Shown here piece by piece: positions 1 through 11,741 of a stretch of 64,000 bases of DNA (position 1 is the first letter of the stretch; the number at the start of each line of letters is the position of its first letter). The notes below the pieces were generated by a model. That model ran no database searches. It was not told the origin of the DNA and saw only the letters and a list, made by a program, of their open reading frames with translations. The stretch comes from Candidatus Binatia bacterium (lineage in GTDB: Bacteria > Desulfobacterota > Binatia > HRBIN30), in assembly GCA_046757585.1 (NCBI GenBank), contig JBHHYR010000001.1, positions 3,354-67,353 on the forward strand, in the 5' to 3' direction. Made by a program: the position numbers and the translations under genes.

Positions 1-768
1 GACCCTCCACAAGAGGGTATTTGTGCCCCTGGTAGTTGTACCACGGCATCAGCGACAGGGGCTTTTTGACCTTGAAGTGCCGCCGAACTCAGGTGAGAAG
101 AAAGCCGAACGCGAAGGGGATGTGTTGCGGATTTTGCCCCCAGCGATTCCGGACCGACGGACGCGTCACTTGGACGTCAACCGAAAGCCCACTGCTGTCA
201 ACGCTCGGAAACTGATCCTTATCAACGCTCTAAAATTGACCCACCCCTGCGCCGTTCCTTTTTCGGTGCGCTTGTTCCGTGCTGCCATTGTGGCGAGCAC
301 GGAGAGAGCCCGGTAGGGGGACCGGGTGTCCACCACGACGTGCGCACGCAGACCGCCTCCCCTTCCAAACCGGCGCGCTAGGATGCCCCCAGGTTCGACG
401 ATCGCGGCTGCGGACATCCTGACATCCGACCAATGCAGCGGCATTTGTCGGCTCAGTGCTCGGCCGCAGCGCCGCTGCCCGCGAGCGACCGCTCTCGCAG
501 CTTGCGAGTCCGGCCCGAATCCCGTTTGACCGGGCTGCTACCAAAACGATACACGATACAAGGAGGGTCAATCCTAGCCGCTAGGACTTTGACGCGTCTG
601 AATTGACTGAGGTGCGGCAGGTGTTGAGCAATAGTCCGAAGATGACAATGCATCGGGGCCGTACCCCCTGCTGTGGACTTTCGACCGGACGACCCGTGAC
701 CAGATTGCCCGGGTCGAGTTCCCCTCGAAGCCTCGCTTTGGCCGGACCCACGCCTGGGCACGCCAGCG

Positions 769-1713
769 ATGACTGAGCGGATGCGTCTCGGTCTCCTGCT
801 CGGCGGTATCGCGGATGCTGGCGCGCTGGGTGTGCTGGCGGCGGAAGCGGAAGCACTCGGGTTCGACTCACTCTGGGCTGGTGACCACATCGTGTTCCCC
901 GCACCCATCCTGGACCCCTTGCAGGTGCTGGCGTGCTTTGCGAGTCACACCCAGCGCGTGCAACTGGGCACTTGCGTGTACCTCCTGCCCCTCCGCCATC
1001 CGACGGTCGTGGCCAAGATGGTGTCCTCGCTGGACGTCATCACCGGAGGCCGGATGATCTTCGGGGTTGGCGTCGGCGGCGAGTTCCCGGCCGAGTTCCG
1101 AGCCAGCGGCGTGCCGGTGAACGAGCGGGGCGCACGAACCAATGAAGCCATCACGATCCTGCGCCGCCTCTGGCAAGGGGAGGAAGTCGAACATGCCGGG
1201 CGCTTTTTTCAGATAGGCCCTGTACGGCTCCAGCCCGGACCGGTGCAAGGCGGGGGGCCGCCGATCTGGATTGGTGGCCGTTCGGAGGCCGCGCTGCGGC
1301 GTACGGCACGCTGTGGTGACGGGTACGTTGGCTACCTGCTGAGTCCTGACGGTTTCTCCGAGCGCGTGGCGCGCATTCGCGCCCTCGCGGCGGAGCAGGG
1401 ACAGCCCAAGCGGCCGATTGCGGCGGCTCTCATGACCTTCGCCATCGTCGACCGCGAGCGCCGAGCGGCCCTCCAGCGGGCCGGCGCAGTGCTGGGGGCC
1501 ATGTACGGCCGGGACATGGAGCACGCCGCCGCCCGCTACTGTATCGCGGGGTCCCCCCACGACTGCCGCGCCGCCGTTGCGCGCTATGCTGCAGCGGGTG
1601 TCCAGCACCTGATCTTCACGCCGCTTGCTTACGGCGATGCTACCATCCCGCAGATCCGGGCGCTTGCAGACGCACTCGAAATCCGGCCAGAGAGCGGGAG
1701 CGGTGCGCAGTGA
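769..1713 (+). CDS. LLM-class (luciferase-like) flavin/F420-dependent oxidoreductase
   Basis: 314-aa ORF with blocks FDSLWAGDHI, GRMIFGVGVGG and PPIWIGG, typical of the luciferase-like monooxygenase/F420 oxidoreductase family. Confidence 0.8.
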   Translation: MTERMRLGLLLGGIADAGALGVLAAEAEALGFDSLWAGDHIVFPAPILDPLQVLACFASHTQRVQLGTCVYLLPLRHPTVVAKMVSSLDVITGGRMIFGVGVGGEFPAEFRASGVPVNERGARTNEAITILRRLWQGEEVEHAGRFFQIGPVRLQPGPVQGGGPPIWIGGRSEAALRRTARCGDGYVGYLLSPDGFSERVARIRALAAEQGQPKRPIAAALMTFAIVDRERRAALQRAGAVLGAMYGRDMEHAAARYCIAGSPHDCRAAVARYAAAGVQHLIFTPLAYGDATIPQIRALADALEIRPESGSGAQ

Positions 1714-1901
1714 GCTGTGCGACGAGGAGAGCCCCCTGTGAACTACCACCTCCGACGGTGGAACAGTCCCGCGGGAAGGCCCGCCGGTCCGTCCCGCGAA
1801 GAGGCGAGACGGACGTGGCATACGTGCAACGCGTGTGCTTGACAAAGGGGGGATGTGAACGCGAACCTTTGAGCAATCTGGGCACGCGATCGAAACGTAG
1901 T

Positions 1902-2734
1902 ATGAGACGGTGGCAGCGCACCCCCAATGTGGGGAATGAAGTGGCGAAGAGGTCTGTGCCCGTCTGGGCCGCGCTCACGGCCCTGCTCTTAGCGGCATCG
2001 CTTGGCGTGCCGCTGCCCGGCGTGGCGTGCGCGGCTGGCCTCCAGGGACCTGCGGTACTGTCCATCGGAGGCGAGCAACGCCCGCTGGTGACGTCGGGGG
2101 ATCGGCTTGCCCGCAGGGTTCAGGGTCGTTTCCGGCCCGAAGCGGGATTAGCCAAGGGGAAATTCCTCATTGCCAGCCGGCGTCTTCGTGATCCGAACTT
2201 CTCCGAAACGGTCATCCTGCTCATCGCGTACGGCGTGAACGGGGCGATGGGTGTGGTCATCAACAGACCTACGGATGTGAAGCTCTCCACGGTGTTGCCG
2301 GAGGTCAAGGAACTGCGGCGGCGGACAGACACCCTGTATATCGGCGGACCCGTGGCCCGAAACGGCGCCGTGTTACTCCTACGCTCCAGCAAACGCCCGG
2401 CGGAGTCCGTTCACGTGTTCGACCACGTGTATGCCAGCCCGAGCCTCGCCGCCCTGCGGAAGGCACTGGGCGGAAAGGTGCCCCTGCAGGGCTTTCATGC
2501 CTACGCAGGCCACGCCGGCTGGGCACCCGGGCAGCTCGACGCAGAAGTGGCGCGAGGCGACTGGCACGTGTCACCGGCCGATCCGGAAACCGTCTTTGAC
2601 CAGGCACCCCTGAAAGTCTGGCAGAAGATCATCCGCCGGGTTGAGGGGAAATGGGTGCGGGAGCACCAGCCGGACCTGGTCGTGGCAAGGGAACGTGTGA
2701 CACGACCCGGGGAGAGCAAGCAACAGGGACCGCC

Positions 2735-2738
<4 letters not shown>
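1902..2738 (+). CDS. YqgE/AlgH-family protein with N-terminal signal-like segment
   Basis: Core [46 protein letters not shown] matches the UPF0301/AlgH family. The internal ATG at 1902 precedes the hydrophobic segment [17 protein letters not shown]. The stop overlaps the glnS GTG (GTGA). Confidence 0.7.
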
Positions 2739-4441
<1,703 letters not shown>

Positions 4442-4482
4442 GGCCGTGAGCCGACTGCCATTGGCGGGTCGAGGAGGGAAGC

Positions 4483-4902
4483 ATGCCTCAACGGGAGATA
4501 GAAGTCGTTCTCATGCGACAGCTGGCAAGCTACCTCGCTATGCCGATCCTCATCGTCGATCCCAGAGGCGATCTCCTCTTTTTCAATGAGTCCGCCGAAC
4601 TGATCCTCGGCCGGCGGTTCGACGAAACCGGCGAAATCCGCCGCGGCCAGTGGTCCAGGACCTTCAAACCAACCAATCGGGATGGTTCACCACTCAAGCG
4701 CGAAGAGCAACCGCTGTTCATTGCCACCAGTCAGCACAAGCCAGCCCACCGCCGTTTCTGGATCCGCGGGCTCGATGGGAATGCGCGCGAGATTGAGGGG
4801 ACGGCGTTTCCGCTGATCGGGCAAAGCGGTCGAAATCTCGGCGCCGTGGGAATTTTCTGGCAGACCAAGGGAAGCATCAGGAACCAGCGACGGCAGCGCT
4901 GA
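4483..4902 (+). CDS. PAS-domain protein (stand-alone sensor-like)
   Basis: 139 aa with a PAS-like pattern: ILIVDPRGDLLFFNESAELILG ... REIEGTAFPLIG..G..LGAVGIFW. A GGAGGGAAGC RBS lies just before the ATG. Confidence 0.55.
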   Translation: MPQREIEVVLMRQLASYLAMPILIVDPRGDLLFFNESAELILGRRFDETGEIRRGQWSRTFKPTNRDGSPLKREEQPLFIATSQHKPAHRRFWIRGLDGNAREIEGTAFPLIGQSGRNLGAVGIFWQTKGSIRNQRRQR

Positions 4903-4929
4903 GGGCTGGCAGAATCATCCCTGAGCACC

Positions 4930-6111
4930 TCACGGACAGCGCACGTCCGGCGTCGCCGCGCCGGCTTCCTCCGGATCCGCCCGGTGGATCGCGGAGGATT
5001 TGAAGGTCACGTAGACCCGCGTACCAACGTTGAGGGCCATCTCCCGGTACGAGTGGTGTGTGATGCGGGCCATCAGCGGCTGGCCACAGTCGACGGTCAT
5101 CACAACCCCGCGCGCGTCTTGTTCGACCTTGCAGATGTGCCCGGGAAAGCAATTGCGGGCACTCGAGTGCAGCGGCGCCAGCGACACGATGATGGCCGTC
5201 GGATCAATGGCTACCGTTCGTGGCGCGAACGCGTCGGGAATTTCAATGCGCAGCGCTCCGCTCAGGAAGTAGTTGGCCCCGTCCTGGCGAGCGGTGGTGC
5301 CGCGCAGCAGGTTGACCAGCGGGAACGGCGCCAGGCGCCCGCCGACAAGCGAGACGATCGTGTCACTTACGCGATACGCCTGTGCGACGTTGTGCGTTGT
5401 CAGAATCACCGTCTTGCCTGCCGCGCCGAGGCGGCTCATGAGCGACTCGACAACGGGAACGTGCTGCCGGTCCACGTTGGCGGTCAATTCATCGAAGAGA
5501 TACACGGGCGGGTCGATTGCCAGGGCACGTGCGATGGCCACACGTTGCGACTCGCCGCCGGAGAGTTTCCACGCTGGTCGTTCAGCGAACCCCGCCAGCC
5601 CGACCGCCGCCAAAGCGGCCTCGACGCGCTCCTTCGCTGCCAGACGCCGCGCGCGCAGCCCGTACGTGATATTGGCGCGCACGGACCGGCGAAAGAGCAG
5701 CGGCGCGTGCGCCACCAGGGTCACCTGGCGCCGGTACGCCCGCAGGGCAGGCTCTCGGAATGACACCGGGCAGCCGCGGAACTCTACGACCCCGGCACTC
5801 GGGCACGCCAGGAATGCGAGGACGCGCAGCAGACTGGTCTTTCCCGCTCCGTTTGGTCCAACAATGGCGGTGACCCGTTCCGCTGGCAGATCGAGCGCCG
5901 GGATGTCCAGCACGACCCGCCCCCCCTGTGCCGCCCGAAACCCACGCAACCGGTAGGCAGGCCCGTCCGACAGCGGCCGCCGCCCGTCCTCACCGGCCGC
6001 CGCGTCGCGGTGCCTGCCGTACGGGGCGAGGGGTGAAGACGTGTGAGTCATCGTTCTCGAGCTGTGGACCGCACGTCGGCCCGCCTCCAACCCGGGCCAA
6101 CTCGCGTACAC
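4930..6111 (-). CDS. tupC: ABC transporter ATP-binding protein with C-terminal TOBE-like domain (tungstate/molybdate type)
   Basis: Walker A GPNGAGKTS, signature LSGGESQRV and Walker B LFDE. The C-terminal beta-rich segment (ICKVEQDARGVVMTVDCG..MARITHHS) is TOBE-like. It is last in the operon with the permease and binding protein. The start may instead be the ATG at 6051. Confidence 0.8.
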   Translation of the reverse strand: MYASWPGLEAGRRAVHSSRTMTHTSSPLAPYGRHRDAAAGEDGRRPLSDGPAYRLRGFRAAQGGRVVLDIPALDLPAERVTAIVGPNGAGKTSLLRVLAFLACPSAGVVEFRGCPVSFREPALRAYRRQVTLVAHAPLLFRRSVRANITYGLRARRLAAKERVEAALAAVGLAGFAERPAWKLSGGESQRVAIARALAIDPPVYLFDELTANVDRQHVPVVESLMSRLGAAGKTVILTTHNVAQAYRVSDTIVSLVGGRLAPFPLVNLLRGTTARQDGANYFLSGALRIEIPDAFAPRTVAIDPTAIIVSLAPLHSSARNCFPGHICKVEQDARGVVMTVDCGQPLMARITHHSYREMALNVGTRVYVTFKSSAIHRADPEEAGAATPDVRCP

Positions 6112-6124
6112 TGCTCCATATCAG

Positions 6125-6811
6125 TCAGTGCGTCGGAGCCAACAGCGCCACCCCGGCATTCACAGCCAAGGCGGTAGCCAAGAGGATGAGCCCGAGTGCG
6201 AAGCCAAAGGCAAACTCCCCCTTGCTGGTTTCAAGCGCGATGGCGGTGGTCATCGTGCGGGTGCTGCCGGCGATGTTTCCCCCCGCCATGAGCGCCACGC
6301 CGAGTTCGGAAATCAGCCGGCCGAACCCCGTACCGACGGCCGCGACAACGCCCCGGCGCATCTCAACCAACACGGTACACGCCGCTGCGAAACGCGAGGC
6401 GCCCAGTGTGAGCGCGGTTTCCTCGATGCGCGGGTCGGCACCGCTGATCACGGCCATGCTCAGCGCTGCCATCAACGGCGTCACCAATATGATCTCACCA
6501 AAGACCATCGCCGACGGCGTGTACAGCAGACCTAGTGGACCGAGGAGACCCCGCCGCGACAGCAGTGTGTAGGCAAGCAACCCGACCACCACCGTGGGTA
6601 GGGCCGTCGACGTTCTGAGGCACAGCTCAACCAACCGGCGGCCACGGAACTCGCGCACGGCGACCCAGAACCCGACGGGGACGCCCGCCACCGTCGCCAC
6701 GGCGATCGCCAGCATAGACACGCGCAGTGACACGCCGGCCGCCGACAGCACCTGCGGATCCAGCGTCAGCAGCAGACGCAGGGCCGACGCGAACGCCTCA
6801 CCGAACGACAT
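6125..6811 (-). CDS. tupB: ABC transporter permease (tungstate type)
   Basis: 228-aa polytopic membrane protein with a BPD-transporter EAA-like loop (IEETALTLGASRF), located between the binding-protein and ATPase genes. Confidence 0.8.
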   Translation of the reverse strand: MSFGEAFASALRLLLTLDPQVLSAAGVSLRVSMLAIAVATVAGVPVGFWVAVREFRGRRLVELCLRTSTALPTVVVGLLAYTLLSRRGLLGPLGLLYTPSAMVFGEIILVTPLMAALSMAVISGADPRIEETALTLGASRFAAACTVLVEMRRGVVAAVGTGFGRLISELGVALMAGGNIAGSTRTMTTAIALETSKGEFAFGFALGLILLATALAVNAGVALLAPTH

Positions 6812-6832
6812 GCCTACCCCTCCAGAAGCACG

Positions 6833-7699
6833 TCATGGCGACCGTGGCAGTGGGATCGCGGTGGGATGAAACAGGATCTGCCCCTCCCGTTCAAAGCTGC
6901 CAATGAGCCTCTGCCCTTGGGCCGAGGTGAACCATGCGATCAATTCCATCGCCTCGATGTACTTCACGTGTGGGTGGCGAGCCGGGTTCACGGCAATGAT
7001 GGTGTACGGATTGAACAGGAGGGGATCCCCCTGCGACACGATCACGAGCTCGTCTCGTTTCTTGTAGGCCAGAAACGTCCCGCGGTCAGCCAACGTGTAG
7101 GCCTGGCGTTCGTTGGCCATGAGCAACACCTGTCCCATGCCTTGGCCAGCAGAAACGTACCACGAGCCGCTTGGGGTGATGCCGGCGGCTTTCCAAATAG
7201 CCTTTTCCTTCTGGTGGGTGCCGGACTCGTCGCCCCGCGAGATGAACGTCGCCCGCGCCGTCGCGAGCCATTTGAAAGCGTCCACGGCCCCGGGCGCGCC
7301 ATGCAGGTGCGCCGGGTCGTTGGGTGGGCCGACGATGAGGAAATCATTGTACATGACGGACCGCCGATTGACGCCGAAGCCTGCTTGCACAAACGCCTGC
7401 TCCAGACCGGGGGCGTGGGAGAGCACGACGTCGACGTCCCCGTTCTCGGCAAGTTTCAACGCCTTGCCGCTGCCGACTGCAATGACGTCTACCTTCACAC
7501 GAAAGCGTTGCTCGAAGGGCGGCAGAACGACCGCCAAGAGGCCGGAATTTTCGGTGCTGGTGGTGGTTGAGAGCCGCAAGTGCTCCTGTCCGGGCGCCTG
7601 CGTTGCGGCGAGCAACGCACACGCCGCGGCACAGAATACGACGACCCCCCCCTTCTGCCACAACCGCCGCTGCACAACCTGTCCGACCCGACTCCCCAC
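6833..7699 (-). CDS. tupA: periplasmic tungstate-binding protein (TupA-like)
   Basis: Signal peptide, then LRLSTTTSTENSGLL (the TTTS anion-binding motif of TupA) and NDFLIVGPPNDPA. GTG start with a GGAGGG RBS. Confidence 0.75.
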   Translation of the reverse strand: MGSRVGQVVQRRLWQKGGVVVFCAAACALLAATQAPGQEHLRLSTTTSTENSGLLAVVLPPFEQRFRVKVDVIAVGSGKALKLAENGDVDVVLSHAPGLEQAFVQAGFGVNRRSVMYNDFLIVGPPNDPAHLHGAPGAVDAFKWLATARATFISRGDESGTHQKEKAIWKAAGITPSGSWYVSAGQGMGQVLLMANERQAYTLADRGTFLAYKKRDELVIVSQGDPLLFNPYTIIAVNPARHPHVKYIEAMELIAWFTSAQGQRLIGSFEREGQILFHPTAIPLPRSP

Positions 7700-7781
7700 G
7701 CTCTCGTCCCTCCGTATGCGCGGCTATAGCAATCGGAGCGCGACGCGTGCAATGCGCCGAGCTCGGGCGGCGAATGCGGAG

Positions 7782-8060
7782 CTACTGCGCTCGTGTGAAG
7801 CGGGCTCGTAGCGCTTGCCGAACCCGTTCTTGCACCTCATGCGGGATCTCGTCGCACGGCAGTTCGCTGGTGAGCTTGATGACCCCTTCGTAGCTGCTGG
7901 CAAAAGCGGCACAGTCAGGGCAGTTCCGGAAGTGCCGTTCGATGATTGCTGCCAGTTTCGGCTCGAGCGTGCCGTCGAAGTACTCCTGCAGGACGGCGAT
8001 CACATCCTCACACGTTCGCTTTCCCACGAGCCGCATCATCACCGCGACGAGCCGTTTCAT
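7782..8060 (-). CDS. soluble zinc-binding anti-sigma factor (ZAS, RsrA-like)
   Basis: 92 aa with no TM segment and an H-x3-C-x2-C motif (HFRNCPDC) plus an upstream Cys (KRTCEDV). Its ATG overlaps the sigma gene stop (ATGA). Confidence 0.75.
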   Translation of the reverse strand: MKRLVAVMMRLVGKRTCEDVIAVLQEYFDGTLEPKLAAIIERHFRNCPDCAAFASSYEGVIKLTSELPCDEIPHEVQERVRQALRARFTRAQ

Positions 8061-8644
8061 TCCTCGCCTCCGGCGTAGCGCTGGAGCTGCGCTCGCAGCC
8101 ACAAGCGCGCTCGATGCAGGCGCGTGCGGGTCGCTGCCACTGACAAACCGGTAGCTGCGGCGATATCCTCATGGGTGGCGCCTTCTGCGTCTTTGAGCCA
8201 CACGATCGCCCGATCCACCTCGGGCAGGCCCTCGAGCGCACGTGTGAGTGCGGTGCGCAACTCGGCCCGGCGCGCTGGGGCTTCGGCCGACTCTGTCCAG
8301 TCCTGCCCGGGCTGGGCGTGCATCCCCATCCAGTTGAACTGCGGGATGTCCTCCTCCAACGTGACCGGATTGCGGGCGGCAGAGCGGCGGCGCATGAGTG
8401 CACAGTTCACCGCAATGCGGTGCAACCACGTGCCGAAGGCAGCTGTGCCGCGGAAGCTGGCGAGCTTCTCGAACGCCGAGAGCATCGCTTCCTGGTACAC
8501 GTCAGCGGCGTCGGCGGAGTTTCGCAGTATCTTGAGCACAACCTGATACACCCGGCCCTCGTAGGGCCGAATTAGTTCCTCGAAGGCCGGTGAATCTCCG
8601 TCCAGAACCCTCGCCACCAGGGCTGCCTCATCGCGATTCGCCAT
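8057..8644 (-). CDS. ECF-type RNA polymerase sigma-70 family factor
   Basis: Region 2 (RVYQVVLKILRNSADAADVYQEAMLSAF) and region 4 HTH (HEDIAAATGLSVAATRTRLHRAR). The start is taken at the internal ATG (MANRDEAALV), by analogy with the paralogue at 53505-54092. Confidence 0.85.
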   Translation of the reverse strand: MANRDEAALVARVLDGDSPAFEELIRPYEGRVYQVVLKILRNSADAADVYQEAMLSAFEKLASFRGTAAFGTWLHRIAVNCALMRRRSAARNPVTLEEDIPQFNWMGMHAQPGQDWTESAEAPARRAELRTALTRALEGLPEVDRAIVWLKDAEGATHEDIAAATGLSVAATRTRLHRARLWLRAQLQRYAGGEE

Positions 8645-8809
8645 GGGCGACACCCTAGCACGACGTGCGAGAGCTGCGTATGCCAACACGCGACCTCCCC
8701 TGGTTTGATGCAGCCCGAGGGCGCGCGTTACAGCGACCCTCATCTCCTCGCAGCCCCGTCCGCCCGGCGCACCTCGACCGGGCAAGCACCATCATGGTAG
8801 GGCAACGCC

Positions 8810-10651
8810 GTGAAGGCGGACGAGGACACCGCGACGCAGATTCCGGAGTCCGCAGCGGATGCAGCAGCCGGCGCTCGCCTTCGATCCGACTGGTGGTCGG
8901 CGGCAGCGGGCCGGCACGCGAACAGCGCCCTGATCCACCTGGCAATTATCCTCCCGCTCGCTCTCGTGATGTTTTCCTTCCAGCTGGGGCGGGCAGATTG
9001 GGAGGACGATTCGGAATCGTGCGCCGGCCAAATCATCCAGGAAATGATCGCCGGCAACGGCTGGGTGCTTCCACTGCGGAACGCGCGTCACATCCCTGCC
9101 AAGCCGCCCCTTTTCTATTGGCTCGGAGCGGTGAGCGCCACCGTGCGACACAGCGGTGTCGACCTACTCGATCCGCGTCTGCCATCCGCGATGCTGGCAA
9201 CACTGGGGATCGCCATCGTGTACGCGTTCGCCCGCCGCGTCGCCGGGAGCCGCGTTGCTCTCTGGTCTGCCCTCATCCTCGTGACCACCCCACAATTCGT
9301 CATCGAAGCGCGCAATTCTCGCGTCGACATGACGTTCTGCATCTTCCTCGCGGCGGGTCTGGTCCTCGCGCAGCGGGTGTGCCAGGGGAAGGCCGGGCGT
9401 CGCGTGGCGCTGCTGGCAGCGTTCAGCTTCGGCCTCGCCACGCTCAGCAAGGGACCGCTCGCGTTCGTGCTGGCGGCGCTGGTATTGGGCACAGAGGCGG
9501 TGGTCGCCCGGCCGCTACCCGGCTGGCGGGCGCTGATCGCACCATCTTGTTTGCTGGCCGGGGTCGGCATTCCTGCGCTGTGGTACGGCGCTGCCACGAT
9601 TGCGCAGGGGTGGGCCTTTCTCCGCCTGCATTTCTACGCAGAAAACGCGAGCCGCTTGCTCGGCCAACAGGGACACTATCCGCTGTGGTGGTATGTCTGG
9701 CCATTGCTCGCGGGCGGGCTGCCGTGGACCCTGGCGCTGCCCGGTGCTACTCGAAAGGACTCCGCCTTGCCTGCACCGCTGCGGCGTTTCCTATGGGTAT
9801 GGGTGAGCGCGATGTTTGCCTTCTTTTCCCTCTCGCCCGGGAAACGACGGGCTTACCTTCTGGTGCTACGACCCGCACTGGCGATCTTGCTGGCAGGATG
9901 GCTCGCCCCGAGGTTGACCCAGCGTCACCACGGACGGCATGGTGCCACGGCCGTGCCTCGGCTGGCACGCCCTGTCCTTGCCGGTCTCGTCGTCCTGACA
10001 CTCGTGGGCATCGGCGCGCTGCGCTTTGGCTTGGGTGGCTTCGGTTCGTCCGAAACGCAGTGGAGTTACTGGTGGCGTTTATACTTGCAGGAACACCCCC
10101 TACCAGCGCTTGGCCTTATCGCCGGAATCGGCGCTGGCAGTGAATTGATGCTGCGTTGGACCTGGCGTCGCCGCTTTGATCTGGCCGCTTACGCCCTGAC
10201 AGGCACCCTCGCATGGGGATTCGTCATCGGCATTTCCGCTACCGCGATCGTCCGCGGCAACGGCGGATCCTTCCAGCACCTCGCTCGGCAGATTTCAGAG
10301 CGCGTGCGATCAACCGCCCCGCTCGCTTTTTTCGAGGTGGACGACGAGACTGCCATTGCCCTCCTCTTTCATGTGCGCCGCCACATCCCGGTGGTGCAGG
10401 CGGCGAGCCCAGACTACCCATGCGCCCCGCCTGCGCCGGGATTCTATCTGGTGGCGGAGCACGCCTGGGATGACCGCTCGTGTTTCCGGGACCCGCGCTG
10501 GCAAGCCATCGAGCGCGGTGGGCCCGCGGTCGACTCACTACGGTGGCGGCGCCTGGTGCTCGCACGCTACGAACCGCAGGCGTCAAAGCGGCTCAGGACA
10601 CACGCTGCCCCCGTTGCACGTTCAACGCCCAGTCGTAACGGAGATACTTGA
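8810..10651 (+). CDS. glycosyltransferase family 39 / ArnT-PMT-like membrane glycosyltransferase
   Basis: 613-aa polytopic protein. An N-terminal loop (GWVLPLRNARHIPAKPPLFYWLGAV) is typical of the lipid-linked sugar transferases ArnT/PMT_2. GTG start. Confidence 0.75.
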   Translation: MKADEDTATQIPESAADAAAGARLRSDWWSAAAGRHANSALIHLAIILPLALVMFSFQLGRADWEDDSESCAGQIIQEMIAGNGWVLPLRNARHIPAKPPLFYWLGAVSATVRHSGVDLLDPRLPSAMLATLGIAIVYAFARRVAGSRVALWSALILVTTPQFVIEARNSRVDMTFCIFLAAGLVLAQRVCQGKAGRRVALLAAFSFGLATLSKGPLAFVLAALVLGTEAVVARPLPGWRALIAPSCLLAGVGIPALWYGAATIAQGWAFLRLHFYAENASRLLGQQGHYPLWWYVWPLLAGGLPWTLALPGATRKDSALPAPLRRFLWVWVSAMFAFFSLSPGKRRAYLLVLRPALAILLAGWLAPRLTQRHHGRHGATAVPRLARPVLAGLVVLTLVGIGALRFGLGGFGSSETQWSYWWRLYLQEHPLPALGLIAGIGAGSELMLRWTWRRRFDLAAYALTGTLAWGFVIGISATAIVRGNGGSFQHLARQISERVRSTAPLAFFEVDDETAIALLFHVRRHIPVVQAASPDYPCAPPAPGFYLVAEHAWDDRSCFRDPRWQAIERGGPAVDSLRWRRLVLARYEPQASKRLRTHAAPVARSTPSRNGDT

Positions 10652-11459
10652 ACTGGATGTCCCGCCGGCGCAGCAGTGCCGCTTGCTGGGGGGTGTGCAC
10701 GTAGCGGGCGACGAAATTGCCCACCGATCCGGCCGCGGCAGCAAAGTCGGGTGCAAACCAGTCGAAGATGCTTGACAACGCGACCTGGCCACTAGTGGGA
10801 TCAATGCGGTTGCGGCTGGGATCATTGATGAAGCGCCGCGCTTGCTCGTCCAGTTGCTGGTCGATCCGATTGCCGCGATACGCCTCGCGGCGGAGCTTGG
10901 GGCAGCTGGTGGCGCCGCACACGAGGGCGAAATGGATGCGAGGCTCATGGAACTGCCGGCGCAGTATCTTATTTTCGATCTCGTCCGGGGTACGCAGCCG
11001 CCCGGCCACTGGAAACGTGTACCAGCGGAACAGCCGTGCCCGCGACAGCAGCGTTTCGGGAGAAAACCCCTTCAGCACCGCAGCAACGATCCCAGCGTTG
11101 TAGGCGTTGATCCAGAGGGCCAGGCGGCCTGGCCGCGTCATCGCGGCTGGATTTGCCTGCGCGAGCTGGGCCATGTAGCGGTCCAGTTTCTGGCGCCCAT
11201 GCTCCGCCAGTTGCTCGTAGGCCACCTTGCCCTCGTCATCGACATATTGCCTCAGGATTTCATCCCACAACGCTTGATCGACCTGGGTCAGCGATGCTGC
11301 GGAATCGGGATTCGTCCGCCGCATTCCCAGGACGGCAGCGAGGAGCAGGCTGGCCAAGACGCCCGCGGCCCAACGCAGACGGCGACGCGTGACGCGCGTT
11401 GTCGTCGCTGCTTTTCCACCTTCTGCGGGGCAATGACCGTTTTCCAATTGCGTCATCAA
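10593..11459 (-). CDS. DUF547 domain protein
   Basis: INAYNAGIV...IHFALVCGATSCPKL is the conserved DUF547 core; an N-terminal signal anchor is present. Confidence 0.7.
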   Translation of the reverse strand: MMTQLENGHCPAEGGKAATTTRVTRRRLRWAAGVLASLLLAAVLGMRRTNPDSAASLTQVDQALWDEILRQYVDDEGKVAYEQLAEHGRQKLDRYMAQLAQANPAAMTRPGRLALWINAYNAGIVAAVLKGFSPETLLSRARLFRWYTFPVAGRLRTPDEIENKILRRQFHEPRIHFALVCGATSCPKLRREAYRGNRIDQQLDEQARRFINDPSRNRIDPTSGQVALSSIFDWFAPDFAAAAGSVGNFVARYVHTPQQAALLRRRDIQFKYLRYDWALNVQRGQRVS

Positions 11460-11741
11460 GGCTACCCGATCCCGAGAGCCTCCGTGCCTCTCGCGTGATC
11501 CCTTGCCAAATATGATGCTGGATGCGCTCCTGCGTTACAGCCCGTGCATGCCGGCAGCTGCGCAATGCGACTTGCGGAAGCACCGGGCACAGCCGGCCGC
11601 ATCCGCACGTGCAACGAGGCGGCTCGCCAGGGCATCAAACCCGCCGGCATGACGGGACGTCAGAGTGTACAAGCCGCGTGGCGTTTGGTGCCTTCTGGTA
11701 GGATGAAGGGCCAAGCCGCCGCCCAGGGGAGCAGACCGGGG

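Noticed and set aside
375-400. GGTTCGA-containing stretch that resembles a tRNA T-loop.
   Set aside because: The flanking bases do not form a T-stem (CCAGG versus ATCGC), and no acceptor or anticodon arms can be drawn. No tRNA is called anywhere in the window.
868-1845. Long antisense and alternative-frame ORFs overlapping recognised genes. Examples: 868-1845(-), 8665-10143(+), 13387-14610(+), 20714-21826(+), 26538-28076(+), 34473-35633(+), 58156-58929(-) and 61658-62785(-).
   Set aside because: Their translations are Arg/Pro/Gly/Ala-rich low-complexity strings with no recognisable motifs. Each lies opposite, or out of frame with, a gene that has clear family signatures. This is the expected stop-codon-poor artefact of GC-rich DNA.
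8645-8809. Search for a GGAAT/C-N18-GTT ECF promoter upstream of the first sigma gene, tupA (7700-7781) and the radical SAM gene (53074-53229).
   Set aside because: I found no match by eye, so no promoter is claimed there. Only the motif at 54103-54128 is reported, with low confidence.
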